Source: Bacillota bacterium
GTDB lineage: Bacteria; Bacillota; Ch66; Ch109
Direction of reading: 5' to 3'
DNA: 64,000 nt
Assembly: GCA_050952625.1 (NCBI GenBank)
Contig: JBMNLH010000008.1
Coordinates: 1-64,000, forward strand
Below the pieces are notes generated by a model, which saw only the letters and a program-made list of their open reading frames with translations, did not search any database and was not told where the DNA came from. How positions within the stretch are numbered: position 1 is the first letter of the stretch; every line of letters begins with the position of its first letter. Below are positions 9,355 through 18,907 of this stretch, piece after piece. The position numbers and the translations under genes were made by a program.

Positions 9355-9710
9355 AGGAAATCACTGAGTATGACGGTATTTACCTGGCCTGTGGAGCCAC
9401 TGATTTAAGAAAATCGGTTGATGGCCTGTCACTTTTAGTCAAACAGAAGTTCCGGATGGATCCCTTTGGCAATTATCTATTCATTTTCTGTAATCGCAAC
9501 CGTAATCGCCTGAAGGCACTGACTTGGGACAAAAACGGCTTTGTTTTATACTATAAACGGCTTGATGGAGCCGGTGCCAGATTTATGTGGCCGAAAACCC
9601 CATCAGATGTCAGAAACATCAGCATCGAGCAGCTTCGCCTTTTAATGGACGGCTTTTCCATAGACCCGCCCAAAGGATTTGGCGAAATAACGGCCAGGGA
9701 TTTTTACTAG
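9348..9710 (+). CDS. tnpB: IS66 accessory protein TnpB
   Basis: TDLRKSVDGL, FIFCNR, WDKNGF..YKRL. Confidence 0.92.
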   Translation: MLKEITEYDGIYLACGATDLRKSVDGLSLLVKQKFRMDPFGNYLFIFCNRNRNRLKALTWDKNGFVLYYKRLDGAGARFMWPKTPSDVRNISIEQLRLLMDGFSIDPPKGFGEITARDFY

Positions 9711-9789
9711 AAAAAAGACACTGTACCAAAGAGAAAATAACTTGTAAAAAACGGCGAAAACCCTTGATTATCTGGGATAACCGCCGTTT

Positions 9790-11385
9790 TTGTGGTATAA
9801 TTTAAGCATGGAAAAAGCAAATTTTACGGGGCTGTCCCCGGAAGTAACCGCATACATATCACAGCTGGAAACCCAGGTGAAAACCCAGCAGGCACGGATT
9901 GAACAACTTACGGAAATACTAGCCAGACTGCAAAAAACCGTGTACGGCCAATCCAGTGAAAAACGTAAGTATGTACTGGACAAAAACCCCAACCAGCTTT
10001 GTCTCTTCAACGAAGCAGAGTTAGAAGCAAAAAGCCATGCACCCGAACCTGCCAAGGTTTCCGTCACCGGGCATACCAGAAAAGCAAAACGCACCAAAGA
10101 AGAACTGGCCGCAGAACTTCCCGTGGAAGAAATTCTTTGCCAGCTGGATGTCGAGGAACTTGCTTGCCAGGAATGCGGTAGTCCCATGCGGACCCTGGGC
10201 AAAGAGACCGTGCGAGAAGAGATAGAATTCATCCCGGCCCAAGTTAAGCTCCTGCGGTATATTCGCTACAGTTATGTCTGTGAAGACTGTGAGCAGGAAA
10301 CAGGGGAAGCCACTATCGTCAAAGCACCCATACCTGCGCCCGTCATCAAAAAAAGTTTTGCCTCACCTTCCAGTGTGGCCCATGTAATGTATCAAAAATA
10401 TGTCAATGGGATGCCCTTGTACCGGCAAGAGAAAGATTGGGCCAACCAGGGAGTAGCCCTTTCCCGTGCTACTTTGGCTAACTGGATTATTCGTTCTGCC
10501 CATGACTGGCTATTACCCTTATGGGAAGAGATGAAATCCTATCTTCTCAAGCAAGCGGTTATTAATGCCGATGAAACCGTTATCCAAGTGCTGAAAGAAG
10601 AAGGAAGAAAACCATCTTCACAATCCCGGATGTGGGTATACTGTTCAGGCAATACCGGTGCCCCACCGGTTAAACTTTATGAGTACCAACCCACCCGTTC
10701 AGGAGAACATGCCAGGCGATTTTTAACAGGTTTTACAGGTTACCTCCAGACAGACGGCTACAGTGGTTACAATAAAGTACCGGATGTAACCCGGTGCGGC
10801 TGCTGGGCACACGTGAGGAGAAAATTTCAGGAGGCCATGCCGAGAAACGGCGACAAATCAGGCTCCGCTGCTGCGGTGGGATTTGACTATTGCAATCAAT
10901 TGTTTGCCATTGAAGAAGAATTAAAAGAGCTTACACCCGAGGAACGAAAAGGAAAGCGTCAGGAACGATCCAAACCTGTTCTTGAAGCTTATTGGTCATG
11001 GCTTAAAACCATAAATCCTCTACAAGGATCCAAACTTGGAGAAGCGGTGACCTATGCCCTCAACCAAAAAGATGCTCTTGAAACATTCCTTGAAGACGGA
11101 CGAATAGAGATATCCAACAACCGGGCAGAAAATGCTATCCGGCCCTTTGTCGTGGGAAGAAAAGCCTGGCTGTTTGCGGATACCAAAAAGGGAGCTACCG
11201 CCAGCGCCATCGTTTACAGTATTGTGGAAACAGCCAAGGCCAATAACCTTAACGTTTATAGATATCTGACACATGTTTTCAGTAAAATGCCGGGCATGGA
11301 TTTTAAAAGTGATCCATCCTTATTGCAGAATTTGCTGCCCTGGTCGTCCAAACTGCCGGATGATTGCAGGAACAAAATAAATTAA
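9790..11385 (+). CDS. tnpC: IS66 DDE transposase TnpC (likely start ATG 9808)
   Basis: Coiled coil, CxxC zinc finger, ADET, QTDGY, CWAHVRRKF, NNRAENAIR. Confidence 0.95.
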   Translation: MWYNLSMEKANFTGLSPEVTAYISQLETQVKTQQARIEQLTEILARLQKTVYGQSSEKRKYVLDKNPNQLCLFNEAELEAKSHAPEPAKVSVTGHTRKAKRTKEELAAELPVEEILCQLDVEELACQECGSPMRTLGKETVREEIEFIPAQVKLLRYIRYSYVCEDCEQETGEATIVKAPIPAPVIKKSFASPSSVAHVMYQKYVNGMPLYRQEKDWANQGVALSRATLANWIIRSAHDWLLPLWEEMKSYLLKQAVINADETVIQVLKEEGRKPSSQSRMWVYCSGNTGAPPVKLYEYQPTRSGEHARRFLTGFTGYLQTDGYSGYNKVPDVTRCGCWAHVRRKFQEAMPRNGDKSGSAAAVGFDYCNQLFAIEEELKELTPEERKGKRQERSKPVLEAYWSWLKTINPLQGSKLGEAVTYALNQKDALETFLEDGRIEISNNRAENAIRPFVVGRKAWLFADTKKGATASAIVYSIVETAKANNLNVYRYLTHVFSKMPGMDFKSDPSLLQNLLPWSSKLPDDCRNKIN

Positions 11386-11928
11386 TCGTACAAAACCGGA
11401 GAAGCCGAAAGGTCGCTCCGGCTTTTTGGTCAATGTACCTGATTATTGAGCGCTTACGGCTGGGGGTTCTTTATTGCGGAACTTTTTGCGACAAATATGT
11501 TATAATTTACCTATAAGATCAATTGATTCTGACAAATCATGGGTGGTTCTTTAAGTGGGGAAGGGGGTCATGCCATGGCAGGAGATCGTTCTTATCTATT
11601 ATGTTAGGAATAGGTTTTTTAATGAGTGCTACTTAGCTTTAGAAGGCCAAAAGTTCTAAAAGGTTTTTTCCAATTTTAGGTGGTCAGACCTATCAGAGTT
11701 AAAAACCTTCTTTGATTCCATTTATACGCTTTTTGACGGGGTACCAGGCACGCCGGAAGACTGGTGCATTAAAAAACGCTGGCAGTAGAAAAAGGCGCCC
11801 GTGATTTGACACCCAACGCTGTTACAATAACAGTATGGGAAGCGGCTTGAGTTAGGAAATTGTAAACTATCCATATTTGTTGGGAAGCGACCGGTAAGCA
11901 AAACAAAAATATCCAGGGAGGTGGAAAA

Positions 11929-12570
11929 GTGACCGATACATTTAATGAGCATTTTTTGAAATGGGTTAATAACGCATGCGGTGAATGGAGTTATCCTGAG
12001 CCTTCTAAAGCTTATTATGAAAAAGTGAACAAAAGAATACCTGAAGGTGTAAGAACCCTAATTGGTGAAGGAATTAAGCAAGACATTATACTCACTCATG
12101 GCCATAAATTTTTATTAAAAGGACTTACTCCAAATAAAGGCCCTTACAGCTGGTTTAGCAAAAATGATTCTGTCCGGGAGCCCAATCCGAACTGGGAGTA
12201 CTATATCCAGGTTGCCCTCTATGCCCAACTTTATTTTGCAGCTAAATCAAAAGAACTGACGCTCACTTTTGAAGACGACCTTATGGATCTGGCACTGTAT
12301 AATGGAAACAAGCTTTTAGTGTGTATTGAAGTAAAAGAAAAAGCCGACCATATTCAGAAATTGATTTCAGGAATAAAAAAATACCAAAATGGAGTAGATT
12401 TTGTTTCTCCGGATAGGGGTAATGACCCTTTGCGTAAGGCGAAATACATAATAAATAGAAAGCCGGAATATTTTTGTGGATATTCCATAGGTGCAAGGTT
12501 TGACTTTAAAGTAGTATTTCCAAATAACAATACATTTAGGTTGGAGAAAGACATAATTCCATGGGTGTAA
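11929..12570 (+). CDS. Hypothetical protein with PD-(D/E)XK-like nuclease motif
   Basis: E...DLALY(x8)IEVK arrangement; GGAGG RBS and GTG start; AT-rich. Confidence 0.55.
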   Translation: MTDTFNEHFLKWVNNACGEWSYPEPSKAYYEKVNKRIPEGVRTLIGEGIKQDIILTHGHKFLLKGLTPNKGPYSWFSKNDSVREPNPNWEYYIQVALYAQLYFAAKSKELTLTFEDDLMDLALYNGNKLLVCIEVKEKADHIQKLISGIKKYQNGVDFVSPDRGNDPLRKAKYIINRKPEYFCGYSIGARFDFKVVFPNNNTFRLEKDIIPWV

Positions 12571-12617
12571 AGACTTACTTTGGCCAAGTCCGGATTCTTT
12601 GGAAGGGGGGAAATGGT

Positions 12618-13127
12618 ATGTCCAGAAGTATCAGTTTGTCCAAAACACAGCAATATTTGGATTGGCTTAAAACGAAATTATTTCTCGATTCAAATGCTGA
12701 AAGTGCAAAAAAGAGGGTTGTTAAGCGAGGCGAAGTTTATAAATGTAATCTAGGCATAGGTATTGGAAGTGAAGAGTCCAAAGAAAGACCATGTGTGGTT
12801 TTGCAACGAGATAAGGCTAATTTGGAATCACCTAACACGATAGTGGCCCCGATAACTCATACTTCATCTACACTGCCTGTAGTTATACCAATAAGTCCTA
12901 AATACAATAATTCTGGGGATGTTGTGCTAGAAGGGAATGTGTTATTAGGAAATATTGCTTGTGTAAGCAAGGCTCGATTAGGAGATTATGTCGCAAAATT
13001 GGAGCCCTCAGAAATGAGAGCTGTTGATGAAGCGATTGCAATTTCCTTGGATATTAAGGGGCACTATGATAAGTTGAATAATATACTTAATGATAAACTA
13101 GTTTATATCGACAAGCTCAAAGATTAA
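12618..13127 (+). CDS. PemK/MazF-family toxin, C-terminus truncated by IS256
   Basis: KRGEVY..LG.GIGSEE.KERPCVVLQ..N..SPNTIVAPIT; stop codon lies inside the IS256 left end. Confidence 0.85.
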   Translation: MSRSISLSKTQQYLDWLKTKLFLDSNAESAKKRVVKRGEVYKCNLGIGIGSEESKERPCVVLQRDKANLESPNTIVAPITHTSSTLPVVIPISPKYNNSGDVVLEGNVLLGNIACVSKARLGDYVAKLEPSEMRAVDEAIAISLDIKGHYDKLNNILNDKLVYIDKLKD

Positions 13128-14282
13128 GTCTATATAATGGTGTAAAAAGAAGTTGAGCCAAAGCTCATACCTCGGTTAGAATATAAGTACCACCAAATAC
13201 CAAACCGAGGAGGATGAACCATGGCTCAGTTTAATATTACAATAACCGAAGAACTTTTGCACGGACTTTTTTTATCAAACGGCAGGGATGAAGCATTTTC
13301 CAAGCTATTAGAGGAAATCTTCAACCAGGTACTTTTAGCCCAATCTTCAGAACAGATAGGCGCTGAGCCCTATGAGAGAACTGAAGAAAGAACCGCATAC
13401 CGCAATGGGTTTCGAGATAGACAAATGACTACGCGAGTAGGTACACTTACATTGCGTGTCCCCAGGCATCGAAATGGACAGTTCTCTACAAAGCTTTTTG
13501 CTCGATACCAGCGCAGTGAACAAGCGTTGGTGCTGGCTATGATGGAGATGGTCATCAATGGTGTTTCCACTCGAAAAGTTGAACTAATTACTGAAGAGCT
13601 ATGTGGAAAAAAGTTTTCAAAATCGACCATATCAGAGCTATGTAAGAACTTAGATCCAATAGTAGAAGCATTCCGTACAAGGCCCCTGCAAAGCTATTAT
13701 CCCTTTGTCATGGTGGATGCCATCTATGTAAAGGTGCGGGAAAATGGACGTGTACAGTCAAGAGGTATGCTTATTGCCATTGCCGTTAACGAAGATGGCT
13801 ATCGTGAAATCATCGGGTTTCAATTAGCCAACAGCGAATCAGAAAGCAGTTGGGGTGAGTTCTTTTCTTCACTCAAGGATCGTGGGCTAAAGGATGTTCG
13901 CCTGGTTACCTCTGATGACCATAAAGGGCTGGTTAATGCTGTTAGAAAACATTTTCAAGGTGCTAGCTGGCAGCGTTGTCAAACCCACTTTTCCAGGAAC
14001 ATACTGGATCATACGCCTAAAGCATTACAAACGGAAATTAAGGAAGAACTGCGCCAGCTTTATGAGGCTGTAGACCTTGAGAGTGCTCGTAAAATCAGAG
14101 ACCGCATTATCCAAACATATGTGGTCAAAGCACCAAAAGCCACAGCTCTCCTGGACGAAGCATTTGATGATATTACTGCTGTTCTTGCGCTACCCCTGAA
14201 GCGGCTTGAACCCCTATTATTGGAGAATATACACTTAAAGCTTAAGCTTACATGAAATATAACGTTTTACCTTGAGCAACCG

Positions 14283-14405
14283 CCCTTGACATGGGGGCCC
14301 CTGGTGTCCGTGTTTCTTAGGGCCGGCCAGGGCCCGCTGCAGCTAATGCTTTTGCGGCCCTTTGCCAGGGATAGGCTAACACGGACACCCTCCCCATGTA
14401 AAGGG
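14283..14405 (+). other. Long imperfect hairpin A (IS subterminal structured element)
   Basis: CCCTTGACATGGGG/CCCCATGTAAAGGG and GGTGTCCGTGTT/AACACGGACACC stems. Confidence 0.75.
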
Positions 14406-14422
14406 TCTTCGATGAACGGTTG

Positions 14423-15376
14423 CTAGGCGACCATTTTCTTCTCTGTAATCTGGTTGCTCATAACAGCTTCATAATATTTAGCAGGTGCCATGTACCCTAT
14501 GCTGCCATGCCGGCGACGATTGTTGTAATAATCCATGTATTCGCTGATGACTCTGTATGCATCTGTAAAGCTGGTAAACTCATTTCTGCTATAGCATTCA
14601 TCTTCTAATATAGAATGAAAGGACTCAATATAGGCGTTCATATTAGGACTTTTAACTGGTATTCTTTCGTGAGTTAATTTCCATTTCCAGCATGTCTCTT
14701 CAAATATTTTAGCGGTAAACTGCGGGCCATTATCAGTCCTTATTATTGGAAGTTCCATGCCAGGCTTTAAATTGCGTTTATTAAGCGAATTTATAAGTAC
14801 TGCGCAGGCATCCTTAGCTGTAGCACTTAATCCAAGGTGATAGTCAATTACTGAACGGTCAAACACGTCTATAAGGGATAATTGGAAGAAGAACCTGCTC
14901 ATACCCTCAATGTAACCATACTTCAGGTCCATTTGCCAGTGTTGGTTAGGGGCAGTTACTTCATCTCGCTTTGCCAGTTTTCTCGGCCGGTCTAGATATA
15001 TTTTTCTCTGAGGACGCAATACGTTAAGTTCTTTACAGAGCCGGTATGTTTTCTTATGGTTTATGATAAGCTGGTAATCCTCTTTCAGGGTTGCGTTGAT
15101 TTTTTTATAGCCATAAGGGAAACCATCCCCGGTAACTATCTCTTTAATATATTCCTTAATTAATTCGTCAGAGATTTGCTCACCTTCTAGATTTAATGAG
15201 TACTCTGATATCTTGCGCCCCGGTTTCTTCTTTGGTAGTTCCTGGTTAATAGCACTTATAGTTTCTTTGATTTTATGATAGTAGGTGGATGAAGCCAAGC
15301 CGACAGAGCTAAGGACCAGAGAAGCTTTATAGCCCTTATCTATCCACCTTTTAGCTATGGTAACCCTGTCGGCTAC
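14423..15376 (-). CDS. IS3 OrfB integrase-like DDE domain (-1 frame relative to orfA)
   Basis: YGYKKI, WQMDLKY, RTDNGPQF, NAYIESF; open frame overlaps the orfA end at CAAAACCC. Confidence 0.9.
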   Translation of the reverse strand, partial: VADRVTIAKRWIDKGYKASLVLSSVGLASSTYYHKIKETISAINQELPKKKPGRKISEYSLNLEGEQISDELIKEYIKEIVTGDGFPYGYKKINATLKEDYQLIINHKKTYRLCKELNVLRPQRKIYLDRPRKLAKRDEVTAPNQHWQMDLKYGYIEGMSRFFFQLSLIDVFDRSVIDYHLGLSATAKDACAVLINSLNKRNLKPGMELPIIRTDNGPQFTAKIFEETCWKWKLTHERIPVKSPNMNAYIESFHSILEDECYSRNEFTSFTDAYRVISEYMDYYNNRRRHGSIGYMAPAKYYEAVMSNQITEKKMVA

Positions 15377-15684
15377 CGAGGGTTTTGGATATCCCTTAAC
15401 TCTCTTAAAATAGCCAACTCTAATTCTTTATCAGCCAGAAGGCGTTTTAGCCTGTCATTCTCAGTACTAACTTCTTTAAGCTGTTTTTCCAGAGCTTTTT
15501 GGCGGTCATCTTTAACTTTAGGCAGTCTCTTTATGGAGCCGTTTTTTCGATATTTACTTAACCAAGTATGAATTGTATTAGCCGACATTTCATGCCTGCG
15601 AGCTACCAAGGCAACGTTACCTGTTTCCTGGCACTCTTTTATAATTAATTCCTTGAATTCATCGCTGTATTGCTTGCTTTTCAT
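15373..15684 (-). CDS. IS3 OrfA (HTH + leucine zipper)
   Basis: YSDEFK..VARRHEMSANTIHTW..ENDRLKRLLA. Confidence 0.9.
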   Translation of the reverse strand: MKSKQYSDEFKELIIKECQETGNVALVARRHEMSANTIHTWLSKYRKNGSIKRLPKVKDDRQKALEKQLKEVSTENDRLKRLLADKELELAILRELRDIQNPR

Positions 15685-15988
15685 GAAAATCTACCCCCTA
15701 CTATTATGTTAACGTATTACACGTGCTTTCTCCAAATTTATTAGGGGGCTAGATAGCTACAAACGGTGTGGAAAGGTTGAATGAGGAAATTCGTCGTCGA
15801 GAGCGGGTCATTCGAATCTTTCCCAATGCTGCATCCGTCATCCGGCTCATGGGGGCTCTATTAATAGAGCAGGATGAGAAATGGCAGACCGGCCGTAAAT
15901 ACTTTGATATGCAGCTGTACTATCAAGTGCAGAATAAGGAATCAAAGTCTGGCACTGCTGCATAGAAAACGCATTTATTCCACGGTCT

Positions 15989-16117
15989 GTTGACAATGAG
16001 CCTCCCATGGCATGTTTTCAGGCATCAGGGCCTTCCCCCTTATCTTTGAGGAGAAGTCTTGCGCCTGGGTGGTGATGCCCGGCCAACAGCCTAACATGCC
16101 ATGTTCTCATCGTCAAC
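15989..16117 (+). other. Long imperfect hairpin B (same architecture as A)
   Basis: GTTGACAATGAG/CTCATCGTCAAC, CATGGCATGTT/AACATGCCATG, GGCATCA/TGATGCC stems. Confidence 0.7.
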
Positions 16118-16402
16118 TGCTTTCGCGGCATAAAAACGCTTAGGCTATTGTCTCATTAGCTACCGTTTGATAACCGAGGTAATTTACACACTAATTTGGA
16201 CTTGACTTCGCATAGTCAAGTCCAAAATAGTGTGTAATTTCCTCGGCAACCTACGTAGTGAAGATTTTGTCCTATCTATGCAAACATCCGTTTTAATCCA
16301 AGAATGTAAATAATTAAGAATGGAGAATGGAAATTATCAATTTCTCTAAAAGGTAAAGCAATAACTTAAATCAAAAGGCCGTTTATCGGAGCAAAGCGAA
16401 GA

Positions 16403-16527
16403 CCCTTTATCATGGAGGAGCAGCCCGTGTTAGCCTATCTAGGCAGAGGGGCGTGCCTCTAACAACAATCCACTGGCCCGCTGCCGCTTCTCCGAAACAC
16501 GGGCTGTAGAGGCCTCCATGTCAAGGG
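16403..16527 (-). other. Long imperfect hairpin C (homologous to A)
   Basis: Minus strand CCCTTGACATGGAGG/CCTCCATGATAAAGGG and CAGCCCGTGTT/AACACGGGCTG stems. Confidence 0.75.
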
Positions 16528-16572
16528 CGGCCGTGTGATAATTTTAGGTACGTAGCGTCGAGAATGAACACA

Positions 16573-17784
16573 TTAAGCCACGGCTGAATTATTGGAAGCT
16601 TTTTTTTGCAGCACTTGGTAGTACAGGTCCATATCAAAATATTTACGGCCTGTTTGCCATTTCTCGTCCTGTTCCATTAGTAGTGCACCCATCAGCCGAA
16701 TCACAGACTGTTCATTAGGAAAGATGCGAATAACCCGCTCACGACGCCGTATTTCCTGGTTGAGCCGTTCCACTCCGTTAGTGGTGCGTAGTCTTTTTCG
16801 GTACTTTAGTGGCAGGATTAAAACGGCGGTAATGTCATCAAATGCTTCATCCAAAAGACATACAGCTTTCGGTGCTTTGGATTCGTATTTGTTGATAATC
16901 TTATCCCGGGTATCTCGGGCACTTTCAATGTCAACTGCTTCATAGAGTTGTCGTAAATCTTCTTTGATTTCCGGCTGGTGTGACTTGGGTGTCTGGTCCA
17001 ACATATTTCTGGAAAAATGGGTTTGACACCGCTGCCAGGTGGCTCCCTGAAAATGTTTCTGTATAGCATTTACCAGTCCTTTATGATTATCAGAAGTGAT
17101 CAGGTGGACACTTTTTAGTCCTCGTTCTTCAAGAGAACCAAAGAGTTCACCCCAACTGCTTTCAGATTCAGTGTTAGCTACATGAAAACCGATGATTTCA
17201 CGACATCCTTCTTTGTTTACACCGATGGCGATTAAGAGCCCCCTGGACTGTACCCGGCTGTCTTCTCGCACTTTCAGGTAGAGGGCATCCACTATTAAAA
17301 ATGGATATTGGTTTTCCAGGGGTCTTGTCCGAAAGGTGTGAACTAATGGATCTAGTTTTTTACATAAAGCTGAGACTGTTGACTTGGAAAATTTTTTGCC
17401 ACAAAGCTCTTCAGTGATGGATTCGACTTTACGGGTAGAGACACCGTTGACCACCATTTCCATCATGGCCAGGACTAATGCCTGTTCGCTGCGCTGATAG
17501 CGTTCAAAGAGTTCTGTGCTAAATTTACCGTTCCGATGGCGGGGAACGCGTAAATGTATTGTTCCAACCCGGGTGGTCATCTGCCGTTCCCGAAAGCCGT
17601 TACGGTAGCCCAGCCGTTCATCTGTTCTTTCATATGGGGCGGCACCAATTTGTTCTGCTGACTGCTTTAAAAGTACTTGGTTGAAGATCTCCTCCAGTAG
17701 TTTGGAAAATGCTTCATCCCGACCATTTGAAACAAAAAGTCCGTGTAAATGTTCTTCGGTTAGGGTAATGTTAAACTGAGTCAT
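16573..17784 (-). CDS. IS256 (Mutator-family) transposase
   Basis: RNGFR, GVSTRKV, VDALYLKVR, QRCQTHF, TTNGVERLNQEIRRR. Confidence 0.95.
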   Translation of the reverse strand: MTQFNITLTEEHLHGLFVSNGRDEAFSKLLEEIFNQVLLKQSAEQIGAAPYERTDERLGYRNGFRERQMTTRVGTIHLRVPRHRNGKFSTELFERYQRSEQALVLAMMEMVVNGVSTRKVESITEELCGKKFSKSTVSALCKKLDPLVHTFRTRPLENQYPFLIVDALYLKVREDSRVQSRGLLIAIGVNKEGCREIIGFHVANTESESSWGELFGSLEERGLKSVHLITSDNHKGLVNAIQKHFQGATWQRCQTHFSRNMLDQTPKSHQPEIKEDLRQLYEAVDIESARDTRDKIINKYESKAPKAVCLLDEAFDDITAVLILPLKYRKRLRTTNGVERLNQEIRRRERVIRIFPNEQSVIRLMGALLMEQDEKWQTGRKYFDMDLYYQVLQKKASNNSAVA

Positions 17785-17854
17785 GGATTCATTCCTCCCT
17801 CGGTTTGGTATTTGATAGGCACTTATATCTTAACCGAGGAAATGAATTTATGGC

Positions 17855-18595
17855 TCATTTTGTTTTTACACCATTATACGGACTTGATCGGCTCGCATTA
17901 TCTTTGAGCCACTTTCGCCAAATCGGGTAATCCGGCACATATTCCCCTACTAGGTTCCAAAACTCTGGTGCATGGTTCATATACCGAAGATGGGCCAACT
18001 CATGCACTACCAGGTAATCCAATACCTCGGCCGGGGCCAAGATAATCCGCCAGTTCAGGTTAATATTGCCCTTGCTTGAGCAACTGCCCCATCTAGTTTT
18101 TTGATCCTTGATGACCAATCGGTTGTATTTCAACCCCATAATCCGGGCGAAATAATCTAACCGTTCCTGAAAAACTCGTTTCGCCTGAACCCGATACCAT
18201 TTATGCAGTGACTCTCTCACAATTTGCGGCCAGTCTTCTTGAGGAACAATGTTAGGCAGCTCCACCCAAAAACAGTCGCCGGTGAATTTAATGGTTATCG
18301 TTTTTCCAGCCACAACCCGGGTAGACAGCAGGCAACTTCGACCCTGATAAAGAAAAGTCTCGCCTGTCACATGCTTTTTCTGCTGCTGCTGGTTTTGGCT
18401 CCGCCAATCCAGGACGTGCTTGAGGATCCAATCTCTTTTTGCTTCCACAAATCTCTTTGCTTCCGTGACAGTTACTCCCTGAGGTACAGAAACCGTCACC
18501 TTGTCCTGCTTAATTCGAATATTAAGTCTTTTGGCGCGAGTACTTCTTCTAACTTCATACTCGATTTTGGTATTATTAACAATCAAGTGCTCCAT
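17855..18595 (-). CDS. M48/YgjP (DUF45) zinc metalloprotease-like protein; last residues contributed by IS256
   Basis: KTRWGSCS, YLVVHELAHL..NH..EFW. Confidence 0.88.
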   Translation of the reverse strand: MEHLIVNNTKIEYEVRRSTRAKRLNIRIKQDKVTVSVPQGVTVTEAKRFVEAKRDWILKHVLDWRSQNQQQQKKHVTGETFLYQGRSCLLSTRVVAGKTITIKFTGDCFWVELPNIVPQEDWPQIVRESLHKWYRVQAKRVFQERLDYFARIMGLKYNRLVIKDQKTRWGSCSSKGNINLNWRIILAPAEVLDYLVVHELAHLRYMNHAPEFWNLVGEYVPDYPIWRKWLKDNASRSSPYNGVKTK

Positions 18596-18907
18596 ACCAC
18601 AGTCCTCATAATGTGTTTGTTTCGCTAACAGAATCTCAGGGAGACTCTAAAAGCCATCTCTAAGACTATCCGCATCAACCCGGTCAAACCCCCAGCTTTT
18701 CCATTGCCACCAAGTAATCGATTCAGCAGCCGGTTCCGCAGTGGGTGCTTTTCGGTCCCGAATTCCGGCCAACCAGTTCCGCTCCTCCTTGACCACCAGT
18801 TCATTTTTCCCATCCTGATTTATGTCTTTGACCTCCAGGGCTTGAATCGGCCGGTCCAGGGTCGAGGAAAACCAAACCGGTTTCATCTTACCCCGGATCA
18901 GGTTTAA

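Larger units (their letters stand above)
8971..11457 (+). mobile_element. IS66-family insertion sequence
   Basis: 27-bp terminal inverted repeats GTAAGCGCTCAATAATC(G/A)GGT(G/A)CATTG; tnpA-tnpB-tnpC; no target duplication. Confidence 0.95.
14202..15755 (-). mobile_element. IS3-family insertion sequence (ends approximate)
   Basis: orfA/orfB and imperfect inverted repeats ..AACCCCTATTATTGGAGAA / ..AGCCCCCTAATAAATTTGGAGAA. Confidence 0.88.
13221..15965 (+). pseudogene. IS256 (Mutator) transposase split by IS3 (13221-~14200 and ~15756-15965)
   Basis: Both parts align with the intact paralogue at 16573-17784; about YRKRLR missing at the break. Confidence 0.9.
13122..16207 (+). mobile_element. IS256-family element, copy 1 (interrupted by IS3)
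   Basis: IRL GATTAAGTCTATATAATGGTGTAAAA and IRR (reverse complement) AGTCAAGTCCAAATTAGTGTGTAAAT resemble the IS256 ends. Confidence 0.9.
16214..17889 (-). mobile_element. IS256-family element, copy 2 (intact)
   Basis: IRR AGTCAAGTCCAAAATAGTGTGTAA at 16214; IRL GATCAAGTCCGTATAATGGTGTAAAA on the minus strand from 17889; partial target duplication (GGC)TCGCAT. Confidence 0.92.

Noticed and set aside
11460-11928. Gene or att-site remnant after IS66
   Set aside because: Only very short ORFs; no repeat partner identified in the window
14283-16527. IS hairpins as integron attC sites (contain CTAAC/GTTAG)
   Set aside because: The core-like motifs are internal rather than terminal, and there is no integron integrase or cassette array
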